DNA of 63,435 nucleotides, filler included, from Pelomyxa schiedti (Eukaryota; Protista; Evosea): NCBI GenBank assembly GCA_020536535.1. It is 14 parts of 14 records of this genome, joined end to end, with 100 filler letters (N's around TTAATTAATTAA, not from the genome) between each part and the next. Parts side by side here need not be neighbours in the genome. Positions count along the whole stretch, not along the records: positions 32,669 to 39,593 come from JAHLWZ010001386.1; positions 39,694 to 41,588 come from JAHLWZ010002219.1; positions 41,689 to 43,073 come from JAHLWZ010002550.1; positions 43,174 to 46,596 come from JAHLWZ010000244.1; positions 46,697 to 48,097 come from JAHLWZ010002536.1; positions 48,198 to 54,058 come from JAHLWZ010001465.1; 8 more parts are not named here. One strand, written 5' to 3'. A model generated the notes under the pieces. That model saw only the letters and a program-made list of their open reading frames with translations, searched no databases and had not been told where the DNA came from. Shown piece by piece: positions 37,670-48,522 of the stretch. The stretch's first letter is position 1; each line of letters opens with the position of its first letter. The translations under genes were made by a program, and so were the position numbers.

Positions 37670-38260
37670 ACAGTGATCACCAGGATCTCAGTAGCAACAA
37701 CGTACTCATGGATATTGATGGAACTCCAAAAATATGTGATTTTGGTACTGTGCTTTCTTCTTTGATGCAAGCTAACCTCCTCCAAAGGAGTATCCCACGG
37801 AATGAACACCCAACAGCCACAATCTATTGTTCCTGGTACGTCAGTCCACATGGCTCCACAGATGTTCACAGATCACTATTCAATTGAAGGTTATACCTTT
37901 TGAATACATATATACCAATTGATCCACAACAGGGGATGTGTGGGGGTTTGCCATTCTGTTGACTGAAATATTCAATGGTGAAATTGTTGACTCAATTTTC
38001 GACACATTGCCTCTGGACTTACATGCAACTTTTGTTAGTGAACAGAAGGTGATGCTTTCACAATCAGATGCTGAAGGTTTTTTCCAATCTGTCTTACCAT
38101 CCTTCCTGTGACTTAACTGTATCAATCAGAGGTTGACATACTGTGCCTCCGCCAATCAATGCAAGTCACCATCGCCCACTGCCTCAGCCGCAGGCTTGAA
38201 TCATTGAAAAAAGTTAAACACCTTCTGACCTCCCCACAATCGCCACTACTGTCTGCCGGG
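37670..38260 (+). pseudogene. Degenerate TKL-type protein kinase C-lobe
   Basis: HQDLSSNNVLMDIDGTPKICDFG, GTSVHMAPQMF, GDVWGFAILLTEIFNG. HRD has become HQD, APE has become APQ, and there are frameshifts and stops. Confidence 0.72.
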
Positions 38261-38649
38261 CCAATCCCCAATGCAGTAGCCAAACTCTTGTTCATGATCC
38301 TTCGTTCATGCTTCTCGATTCTCGGTGTGGTTTCCATCATTCACAAGTCAATGCTAATCAATATGGACAGAGAAGAACCGGATTTCTTTCACTGTGATTT
38401 CCAAGCTGCTGTTCTGCTGCTGCACTGAAGCTACTGTCAGTGACATTTCAAAAAACGCCACAATTAACACCCTACCCCCACACCAACAAAGACCAACAAT
38501 GGTGACAGATGACCAAGTCACAGACAGCATCACACACTGGCTGTCAGCCCTCACCCCTTTCATACGATATGCTTCACAACGACTGTAAGCCTGTTATTAG
38601 AAAAGCATTGCCTATTTCTGAGCCACCTGTGGGGAAACACCCTGTTCCA

Positions 38650-39106
38650 CCCCAAGTACTTAAAGCAAACTTTTTTTTTTCTTGCCTGAAGTTGAAAACC
38701 AGGCCACATCATGGAGAGGTGGGAGTTAGTGTAGCCCAGTGGAGTGGTGTGTAGTGCCAAGGTGAAGTGGGTGGAGGCAGAAGGAAGGCCTGGCATTGCA
38801 CTCTGTTTGTCAGCCCTTCAGGCATCCAGGCCCTGTTGTTGTTGAGTGGGGTGCTAATAAAAATGGAATGTACCTTGTAATAGATTGTGGGCAGGGTGAC
38901 CTTACCACCTAAATAATATCTTGAGCTGTTAGCTTCTGTGGGATCGAGAATAAGTCCCACAGAGGAAGAAAACGAGTGAGAGTGAAGAGAATAAAGGGTT
39001 CTTGTCGTTGTTGTGTAAAGGGATAAAAAGGGAGTGTGTAAAATCTCGCAGAGTGGTTGTGCGATTGGGTTAAAAGGCCGCGATGTTCAAATGGATTCTC
39101 GGACAA
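38650..39106 (-). repeat. Composite copy of the dispersed non-coding repeat
   Basis: 38650-38705 matches 24175-24231 (T run followed by GCCTGAAG), 38750-38930 matches 29040-29220, and 38925-39106 matches 32669-32860. Confidence 0.8.
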
Positions 39107-39702
39107 GTGTGCACGTAATCAAAACCGCCTGCCACGTTCTTGTTGCTGTATTTGTGCACCCAGCTGTGCTGTGCGCTGATCATTACCTTTGCTGTCTCAT
39201 TCTGGTAATAGTCCAGATTCGGCTCAGTCCTCAGTCTCTCCAATCCCGCTAAAGCGTGCCAGACTTCAGAGCCTCGCGAGCAAGGCCAAGTTTGTGTACT
39301 TTGTGGAAGTACACAGAGCCTGGAGAAAAACTCAAGAAAAAAAAAAGAAGCCGCCTATGTTGGTAGGGTAAGGTAAGGGGGATTGTGCAACAAATCATCA
39401 GACAGAACAAAACAAATAAACAAATAATATAATATACACACCTCTGAATCTTCATCTTCATCTTCTTCATCATCCATGCACTCCTTGGTGGATGTGGTTT
39501 CTTCCCCCAAGGCCCAAAACCTTTTTCCTCCTTGCAATGTTTCCCCGGAGTGATCCCCTTCCCTTTCTGCTAAATCCACCGGCCAGCACTCAANNNNNNN
39601 NNNNNNNNNNNNNNNNNNNNNNNNNNNNNNNNNNNNNTTAATTAATTAANNNNNNNNNNNNNNNNNNNNNNNNNNNNNNNNNNNNNNNNNNNNCTGTTGG
39701 AG

Positions 39703-40446
39703 TTACGTGTGAAATAGCTCAAATATTGCCCTGGCTATTGTTTCATACACGGTGGAAACTCCTGTAATGTATTACTTGGTCAGGGGTGACACGAAAAAAG
39801 GAGTTCCATTATGGAATACCTTGGCCTGTCTTGGTGGATGTCTCAAAATACAGTGGTTTTGACTTGTGTGGTAATGAACTGACGAATTTTACAGCTTCAT
39901 CAGTTGAAACAACGCGAGGCAAGTCTACTTTATTTGCAACAACAGCAACAACTGGTGAAGAAAAGAAAGAAGTTAGAAAAGTAGAATTGAGAGCATAATC
40001 AAGCTCACTAAGACTGTCGTTTCCAGTGCCCTTCACTAGTGCTAGTGGAATGTTAGTACTCGTAAGAAACTAAATTAGTTGTCTATCACACGACCATTAA
40101 GCCATAGCGATACAGACTCAAAAGAAGCCCTATCTGTAACATCAAACTAATGTAACTCTTGAGCAAGTCCAAGGTGTATAATGTGTTTTCATACAACTAT
40201 AATTCCTGCATGCGAACCTCTGTAATACCTTGAAGATGGTAAGAAAAAAAAGTTAAAATATTCAACAACATTGGTGCTAGCGTTCGATATCTCTCTTGAC
40301 CCGCTGTGTCCCACTTGACTCCAATTAAAAAAAGTTTAGGTGTTGTTGCTGGTGGAAAGTTACAATCTACGGAAAAATTATACGAGTGGGTAACCGAGCT
40401 TTATGTTGTTGTACCTCAAGTTTTACAGTCCCATTTCCCTCAGGGG
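39703..40446 (-). pseudogene. Rab5-like small GTPase, 5'-truncated (G1 P-loop absent), no C-terminal Cys motif
   Basis: Spliced reconstruction: GNGTVKLE|I|WDTAGQERYRTLAPM|YYRGSHAGIIV|FDVTDRASFESVSLWLN..VVANKVDLPRVVS..YFETSTKTGQ|GVSTVYETIARAIFELFHT-stop at 39703. Confidence 0.8.
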
Positions 40447-40449
40447 CGA

Positions 40450-41588
40450 CACCTCAATTCCCTTTTTCCAGAAGTCATCACTTTCGCTTTTGCATCATTC
40501 CCCCCCTCGGGGGCCACACGCTCGCTGTCCCAACACGCGTTGTTACTCCTCGCGTCGGGATCGCGACTTCTTTCGCGATGGTGGCACCGTGTTCATCTCG
40601 AAGTCTTCAAACCGTTGTGGTCGTCTGGTGCGTCGCCTCGGCCGCGTATTTGTGGGAGCGACCGGGTCATCAGCGCTTGGTCTCTTCTGCGATGTAGCCT
40701 CTTCCTCCAGGCTTGGGTCAAAGTCATCATCCACCTCTGGTGCCTCAGTGGGTGTGTTCTGTCCACCTTTGTATTCCTTCATCTGGCTCACATGAATTAG
40801 TTGTGTGAGAGCAGCTCCCCTTTCGTTTTCAGGTGCTGCCTCTTGCCTCATTTTTTCTTTTTCCAGTGATATGCGGGCAAAACCCTGTGCTTGCCTGAGC
40901 CCATGGAGCCAGGTAGCCCCCCATAATGGGGTCTCCTTAATGCTGGCGTTAATGCTAGTTCTGTAGGCCAGCAGGACTGGTTGTAGGAATTGATCCCATC
41001 GCTGTTTATGCTTGTCAGCATATATGCGGAGCATACCAATGAGTGTCTTGTTGAACCTTTCAGTTTTACCGTTGGTGAAGTGATCCACCATGACGAATAT
41101 GTATTCATTTCCCTGATTCGTCCTTGTTAACTTTCCCACATAGTCTATCCCCACAATGTGGAGATAGTATATATATCTGTTGCCATCTCTGGCCACCAAT
41201 ATTGCAGCTTAATCTTGTGGTAGGGTTTGTCAAACGAGACATCCTCTTGTCCCTGCAGAATCTGCAATATAACTTGTATCCCCTGTCCAACTTTTGCTGT
41301 GTTGCTAAGGCACTTGTATCAGCCTCCACCATCAGTAGGGGTTGGACTTCTTTCTGTGGGAAGTGCGACAGTGTGTGGGGCAGGCTTCTCTTTCTTGGCC
41401 AAGGATGTTAATTTGTAGGTTGGGGAAATTTCTCAGCTGGTAAGATGAACTTCATTAGCTAGTTACCAGCTGTGTGGCAGACTGCAATCCTAGGCTTGGT
41501 TTTGACTGTCCTGTCACCAGTAACTTCACTGCCACATCACAAACCACTGACAACTTGTTGGGAGTGGCCCAGTTGCAACTGCAGAATC
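40450..41588 (-). mobile_element. Ty3/gypsy-type LTR retrotransposon remnant (degenerate integrase, polypurine tract, start of 3' LTR)
   Basis: YWWPEMATDI zinc-finger linker, then IVGIDYVGKLTRTNQGNEYIFVMVDHFT joined directly to NGKTERFNKTL..WDQFL..VLLAYRTSINASIKETP (central rve core deleted). Purine tract GAGGGGGGGAA followed by TG at about 40496-40508. Confidence 0.82.
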
Positions 41589-42125
41589 NNNNNNNNNNNN
41601 NNNNNNNNNNNNNNNNNNNNNNNNNNNNNNNNTTAATTAATTAANNNNNNNNNNNNNNNNNNNNNNNNNNNNNNNNNNNNNNNNNNNNTGCTGTTGTCTG
41701 TTGTTGTCAGTTGGAAAACACCAAGTTGTGGGTGGCAAAAATCGAGTTGTACCAAAAAATCGCCAACAAGTGCTGCGAAACCGATTAATTATAAATTAGG
41801 GAAAGTCTATTGCGATAGTTGAACCAGTAGTGCTGTACCATGCTGGGCCTGTATTCCACCCCACAGTACACAGTTGCTTCAGTTGAACGCAGGGATTCCT
41901 ATTCCCACAGCCAGGGTTTAACATACATGGGTAAATTGAATGGCCTGAAGAAAGTAGACGCTCCGACAGGACTCCAGATCTCACTCCAGGAACTTTGATT
42001 GTTCAAACCCACTAGTTTGTCAAAAGTGCAGGAAGAGGGGTGGGTGCTCATCACAGGAGTGTTCGTTTTTTAAGAACATCACGCGACACTGTTGAGTACT
42101 CGACATGACTCACAACACAAAAAAA

Positions 42126-42400
42126 AAATTACCGGAAAGTGGGCTGATAAGCCACAGCAGAATCGGATAGTGTTTATCAGCCCAAATTTACCGGACTTTG
42201 GGCTGATAAACACTATCGGAGACGTCCCAACAGCAAATTTAACGGAAATTGTGCTGATAAACACTATCGGGGATGTCCAACAGCAAATTTACCGGAAATT
42301 GTGCTGATAAGCACAATCGGATGTGCTGGATCAAATTTACCGGACTTTGTGCTGATAAGCACAATCAGATGTGCTTATCAGCACACCATCCGGTAATTTC
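42126..42400. repeat. Array of about 50-bp imperfect direct repeats with inverted copies and a 14-bp perfect stem-loop
   Basis: Core AAATTTACCGGA(A/C)(A/T)TTG(T/G)GCTGATAA(A/G)C at 42126, 42184, 42235, 42285 and 42333, with inverted copies at about 42163-42183 and 42371-42399. Confidence 0.9.
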
Positions 42401-43179
42401 GCTGTAGCACATCTGATAAACATGCAGCACACACAAACTGTTTCTTGGAAGAGTTGTGTGTTTTAATGAACATGACCCAAACTCAAACAACAAACACAAC
42501 GAAAAAACCCAACAGTGATGAGCAGTCCCAGAGACAAACGCCCCACAGGGCCCGCTGTTCCACAGTCACACAAAAAAGTCTCACCAACATCAGCCTTGGC
42601 TCCAACACGGATCTGGGAAACGAGCTGTACTCTGATGATGAAGCACTTCGAGGTGTGTGCAGAAATACCACCTCCACACAGTAATCGTGAGCACATGTAT
42701 AATTGAGAGTTGTTTTACCAACTTGCCCATTTTTGCTTTCTACATGCCTAGTTTTTTAAATAGTTAATAATTATTTATTGTTGCACAGGTTGTGAAATCG
42801 ATTCCACAACCTTATTGTAATTACATCCTGAATCTTCCACCTTTACACATGTCATTACTTGGTGAGGCACGGTTATTGCCACAAGTGAGTGCCAGGGCCT
42901 CCCAAACCCAAACACAGACCCCCGCCAAATTATGGTATCTTATTCTCTATCTATTTTTCCAATACTTCCCCAAACAACTCTAAACAGAAACAAGTGTATC
43001 AGTAGTGATGTACACTGAGAAATGACCTTGGGTATTACTCACTGGCATGTGCATCCTCCAGTGTGGTATTTAGNNNNNNNNNNNNNNNNNNNNNNNNNNN
43101 NNNNNNNNNNNNNNNNNTTAATTAATTAANNNNNNNNNNNNNNNNNNNNNNNNNNNNNNNNNNNNNNNNNNNNGCATCA

Positions 43180-46179
43180 TCAGGGTTCTGTTTTTCTGGG
43201 GGTGTGTTGACGGCAACGATTTGGGGAAACAAAGTGGCTTGTGCTCTCGGCAAAGGCCCCGCACAGGAAACAGAACCGAACCCGGCAATTCACGCACTTG
43301 ATATCTGCAGTAGTGGGTGTGAGAGCAGTGTGGCAATTAGGGCGGAGGGAAGAGAGGTATGTATACACACGGTTGTTTGTGGTGAGTTTGGTGTGAACCG
43401 CTTTGCACCCAGGGCACCGCTTCTTCTCGATGTAGCCGCCTCCTTGCAGTGCCAGCTGTTGCTCAATTTGTTCTGTAGAGTGCACTATCCTCGCTTGTGC
43501 CACTTTCAGCGGGGCGAGGTGGACACCTTGGCTTCGTTCATTGGACCCGTCGTACGAGAAGAGCTCGCATGCCCCGGGTGTCTGGAAGTGTGCATATCCC
43601 TCGATTTTGGCTTGGCAGCGGTAGCAGAATTCTTTCTGGCATGAAAAGCACTTCATATCTGGCCGGTATTTTGAGTAAACTCTGCACAATTATGAGCGGT
43701 AACATACGGTTACATCCGACGGTCTTCTCCACAGAAGCCTGGCAGTGCGGGCAAGTCCGGGTATTGTGTTGTAGCCACTGAAGTTTTGGAGGTGTTAGAT
43801 AATAGTTATAGGTGGTGAAGAAAGCAACTTCCAAATTGGCAAGTTCAGCCTGGAGTCTCGCTTTCCTGACCAGCACATCACTGGTCTCAGGTTCTGCTTC
43901 CAGAGCGGCCAGCCTGTGTGCTGCACCTCCCCCACACGGTATTGATACTTGTTTGCGTTAGTGCTCGGTACAAAGTGTGGAAGGGTCCGTACCGGGGTGC
44001 CATGCATGGAGGCACCTGATGCAGAAGGAGAATTTGCATCCACTGCACTTTCCGAGTTGTGTCTCTTTGTTTACAACAACTGCTGTATTACATCGGGGAC
44101 ACCATTTCACGTCTGCTAAGTTTCAGAGGACAACCAAGTACAATGCAGAACGTTTGTACCTCCCATTCCGGCAAGTGATTGATTCAATAGCAACGTTTCA
44201 TACTTCTCGTACAAAGCATCAGACACCAATTCAGCTACAAGATTAGGGTGCAGCATGGCTGCGCACTTTCTTTCTGGGCACCTGATGAGATGTGGCGTGC
44301 CTAGTTATATTAGACGTGGAAAGTTAGAAAAAGCCAGCGGGACCTGAAGTGATGTTTATTGTGCACATTTGTGATGCACATGGCCGGCAGAATCTATGCT
44401 CACATATTCCACGCATGCTGACAAAGTCTGTTGCTGGAGTATCCATACAACATATTGGGCACACATGACTGGTAGCCATGAATCGATCTTCCACTTCACT
44501 ACTGTTGTATCTATTGACGCTTATTGATACAAATGAAAATAGCAATATGTGGATATACGAGTGAAGAAAAGGCAGAATGACTGCCATACTAGAATATGGA
44601 TCTCCAAGCATTGTAGATACTCTACAAGTTTGTAGTTGATTCATGTGACATTGACAGTACTGATGGAACCTTACCTGGGGTCAATTCTTTCATTACTGCT
44701 GTGTGTTGCAAAGGTCTCTGAGAGGTGAGTCATAGTAGTGACACCAAGAACATGTGCCAGTGAGTCATCTTCCAACCACTGTAACCACTGGAAGAGAATG
44801 TCTTCTCCGGGGTTGCTCTCCCACATCTCATCCATTCTTTTGCAAATGGCCGTCAGTTGAACAGCTGGAAGTATCATAAAAAGCAAAACATGGAGTGGTG
44901 GGGGAAAACATACCGTTCAGAAACCAGCTCCTCACAGTGAACTTTGGAGGGACGTGGGAAGGATAAGCCGGAGGAAACACAACCTCCAGTGACAATGGCG
45001 GTAAATATCTGACTGTGACACCGCGAATTGTGGTTCTAGCAGCCGAAGCCGATGACTCTGGCGGCTGCGCTGCAATGATGTTTAGTACGCCTACTTTCTG
45101 GTCCGGGACCTTCTGTGCTATTGAGATTGTAACACCAATGTACATCCCAATGCAGCCACTCCAACTGCACATGTTTTTGTTGGCCTCCNNNNNNNNNNNN
45201 NNNNNNNNNNNNNNNNNNNNNNNNNNNNNNNNNNNNNNNNNNNNNNNNNNNNNNNNNNNNNNNNNNNNNNNNNNNNNNNNNNNNNNNNCGCTGCAATGAT
45301 GTTTAGTACGCCTACTTTCTGGTCCGGGACCTTCTGTGCTATTGAGATTGTAACACCAATGTACATCCCAATGCAGCCACTCCAACTGCACATGTTTTTG
45401 TTGGCCTCCCGAGATTGCCCCGAGGAAGATGGTGTATGCGCCGTCGCCGTCGCGGAAGCGCTGCTTTTTGTTGGACTAGTGTCGTTAATATTTGCTACTG
45501 TAGATGATGATGATGATGAACTAGATGTGGAGGTAGATGCTGATGGCATTGTTGTGGTAGTTGTACCCGTGGATGCATCTTCCACAGGAGTTGTAGTATC
45601 ATGTGTAGTAGTAGTAGTTGTAGTGGTGGTAGTGGTGGTGGTAGTAGTACTCCCACTGTTGGTGGTGGTGGTGGTGGTTGCTGTTGCTGCTGTTTTTGGG
45701 GCTGATGGCAGGCACAGGGGGGTGGTCGGGGGCGCGTACTTGTAGTTGGGCACGGGCGTCACCACCCGATCCGTGAAGATGGACAGCACCGCCTCCACCT
45801 CGTCCCGCTGCCGCCCGTGGTTGCTCACAACTGTGTCCAGCGTCACCCCCGGCACCCACTCGAACACGTCCGCTTCCGCCCCCTCCGCGTCCCCGTCCGC
45901 GGTGTCGTCGGCGTGCGCGGCCACGGCCATGGACATAGAGGCTACCATGGCGGAGGCGCCGGGCATCGGCGCCGATGTCGACGGCGGCGGGGGAGGAGGA
46001 GATGTCGACTTGGTGGCCGCTGCCTTTGTTTGCGTGGGGGACGACGACGATTGTGGGTGCTTGTTGTTGTTGCTGTTGCTGGTGTGTGGGGGCGGTGGAG
46101 TTTTACTCCTGGGTTGTTGCTGAGGGGTGGGCTTCTTGGCCTTGCCTTTGGACGTCGTTGTGCGTGGCTTCGTGCTCAT
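43180..46179 (-). CDS. RWD-RBR E3 ubiquitin ligase (RNF14/ARA54-like), multi-exon
   Basis: RWD: QRDEVEAVLSIF, YLPPLSLEVVFPPAYPSHVPPKF, DEMWESNPGEDILFQWLQWL. RING1: CPICC..CEHRFCRPC. RING2: CPHCQASVEKTVGCNRM..CQKEFCYRC. Extra C-terminal Cys cluster CPGC..CVNCRVRFCFLC. Confidence 0.85.
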
Positions 46180-46252
46180 TTCGGCACAGAAACTTTGTTC
46201 TTTTTTGAGAAAGAGCTGGGGGAATCTACAATCTATTAGGGCTCACTGAGCG

Positions 46253-46596
46253 ATGATGAACACCAACAGGACTACGCCAGCGAGCAGGGACGGTGGCGGC
46301 GGGGGTGGCCACGGTGGGGACGACGACGGCGATGCGCCACCGACGCTGGACGAGGACAACGTGGAGGTAGTGAGCGACGAGGACGACGACGAAGACGATG
46401 ATGGGAACGAGGAGGGCTGTCTATTCGTGTCGTTAGCCGAAAAGGGCGATCTGCCGGCGCTGAGGGCTGCCCTCGGTGTGTGCTCCCTTCCCATTTACAC
46501 AAATTTAAAAATAAAAAAAACCTCGTATGTACGCTTGTTGGACAAAACGTACGATTTCTAGAAATACCAAACTGTTCCTTATTAGTGATGATATAA
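46253..46596 (+). CDS. 5' fragment of an acidic, probably ankyrin-repeat protein
   Basis: Gly/Asp-rich N-terminus, then LFVSLAEKGDLPALRAAL (ankyrin-like helix pair) followed by a GT donor. Cut by a linker. Confidence 0.45.
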
Positions 46597-46708
46597 NNNN
46601 NNNNNNNNNNNNNNNNNNNNNNNNNNNNNNNNNNNNNNNNTTAATTAATTAANNNNNNNNNNNNNNNNNNNNNNNNNNNNNNNNNNNNNNNNNNNNCTTT
46701 AAGGAGAC

Positions 46709-48097
46709 ATGTCGGCAGCAAAAGGAGGTGTGGCGATGGTTGTTGACGACACCACGTCGACGGGCAGTGTGTACACTGGACGTATGGTAAACGGCACACG
46801 TGACGGCAGTGGAACGTGCAAGTGGACAAACGGTAAGACATACGTTGGGGGGTGGAAAAACGGCCAGATGCACGGCCGAGGTGTCTACACGTGGACCACT
46901 GGCGTAACCTACGAGGGTGAGCGGCACAAGGGCTGCGCCGATGGGTGGGGTGTGCTACGCCACCCCGATGGTGGATCTTATGAGGGGCTGTGGAGGGATT
47001 CCCAATGGAAAAGGGGAACGTTCCACCACTGCAACAGAGTGGACGTGTGGGATGGTGAGTGGGTGTGGAATGCAACGGCAAGTCAGTGTGAGATGAAGGG
47101 GTGGGGTGTGCAAAGGAAGAGGACCAACAACAACACTGGAACGGGCAACGGTGGTGGGGCCACGGTAATGGAGACAGTGTATGAGGGTGGGTGGGACAGG
47201 GACCAGTGGCACGGTGTGGGAACGTGGAGGTCACCTGATGGATCGGGTGCCATCTACCATGGTCAGTTCGATCACGGCAAGAAATGTGGAACAGGGAGGA
47301 TCCTGTTTGGCGATGGTGGAGGCAACAACAACAACAACAACAGCCAAGGAGGTGGAGGGAGTTACGTTGGGGAGTGGAAGGATGACATGTTCCATGGTCG
47401 GGGTGTGAGGCTGTGGGCGAACGGTGACAGGTATGATGGCCAGTGGGTGTGTGGCATGGAGAACGGTGAAGGAACGAAGATGTGGTCAAGGGATGGGTCA
47501 TCATTCACAGGGTTGTGGGAGAGTGGTGTGCCAACAAAGGGGACAAGGAGGTGGCTGAATGGTGACACGTTTGAAGGCACGTTCAATGGTGGTGATGGGA
47601 GGAATGGATGGGAGTGCCGTGGTGAGGGTGTTGCAACACTGTCATCACCATCATCCATTCTTGTGAAGGGTACCCTCAACAACAACCGTTTTCAAAGTGG
47701 GAACTTCTCAGAAGTGCAACATCTGATGGGATCATCACAGTTTGAACACCATCTCCAGATTGAGGTGTGTGTTGTTTTGTTTATCCCTCTTTGTTTGGGT
47801 AACAAAGAAAACAAAAAAACAGAAACTGAAGAAGGAACACACTGAAGAAAAAAGTGGGCTGAAAGCAAAAATGGAAGAAGAAATGAGAGCAGCTGAAAAG
47901 GAGTGGCAGGTGTATAATTAAGTACTTATTATACTTATTATGTATAATTATTATTAAGCCATTTTCATATGTGCCTTCTTCCACAGAAAGCCACAGAGAG
48001 AAAAAACCAACAGCATGCTGAACAAATCAACGAGGTGAACAAAAACCTTCAACAATTGCAAGACCATCTTCACAAGAAACAAGAAGAGGAGGAAACA
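46709..48097 (+). CDS. MORN/coiled-coil protein, close paralog of 25296-27932 (3' truncated)
   Basis: 378-aa MORN ORF sharing SPDGSGxIYHGQF and RWxNGDxFEGTF, with the same intron position (IE|gtgtgt) and coiled-coil exons. Confidence 0.87.
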
Positions 48098-48197
48098 NNN
48101 NNNNNNNNNNNNNNNNNNNNNNNNNNNNNNNNNNNNNNNNNTTAATTAATTAANNNNNNNNNNNNNNNNNNNNNNNNNNNNNNNNNNNNNNNNNNNN

Positions 48198-48522
48198 ACA
48201 TCGCCTCTGCGGCGCGGAACAGGTCGAGGTGGCGGGCCCAGGGGTCGCCGTGGGCGCCGTGGGCGTCGATGGGGTCGCCGCACTGGCACCGCGGGCGGGC
48301 GTCGGCCAGCCACCCGGGTAGCACCACCATGTCCCACACAACACGCGAAACATTCAACACGTGGCTGGCGCGCCGGGAGATTCCTCCAGTGTTGCCAGGG
48401 CAAGAGGTACCACAAGAACGGTCGGCGATGGACTGCATTGATGTTTGCTGAAAGTGATTTCTGTGAGTTTGATCGCAGTTTCGTTGGGAAACAAGAAGGA
48501 ATCGTGGCTGTTGATGCCACAT
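48198..48522 (-). CDS. 5' fragment of a gene related to the N-terminus of 10936-12052
   Basis: SRVVWDMVVLPGWL...DLFRAAEAM parallels SRVVWEQVLVPWV...CLLRAGEAL. The start codon is uncertain. Confidence 0.55.

Noticed and set aside
42126-42400. CRISPR array
   Set aside because: Inter-repeat segments are only about 12-22 nt and resemble each other, copies occur in both orientations, there are no cas genes, and the context is eukaryotic.
46701-46711. Shine-Dalgarno-like AAGGAG before the MORN ATG, suggesting bacterial origin
   Set aside because: The gene has spliceosomal introns and eukaryotic paralogs here, so a 6-mer match is expected by chance.
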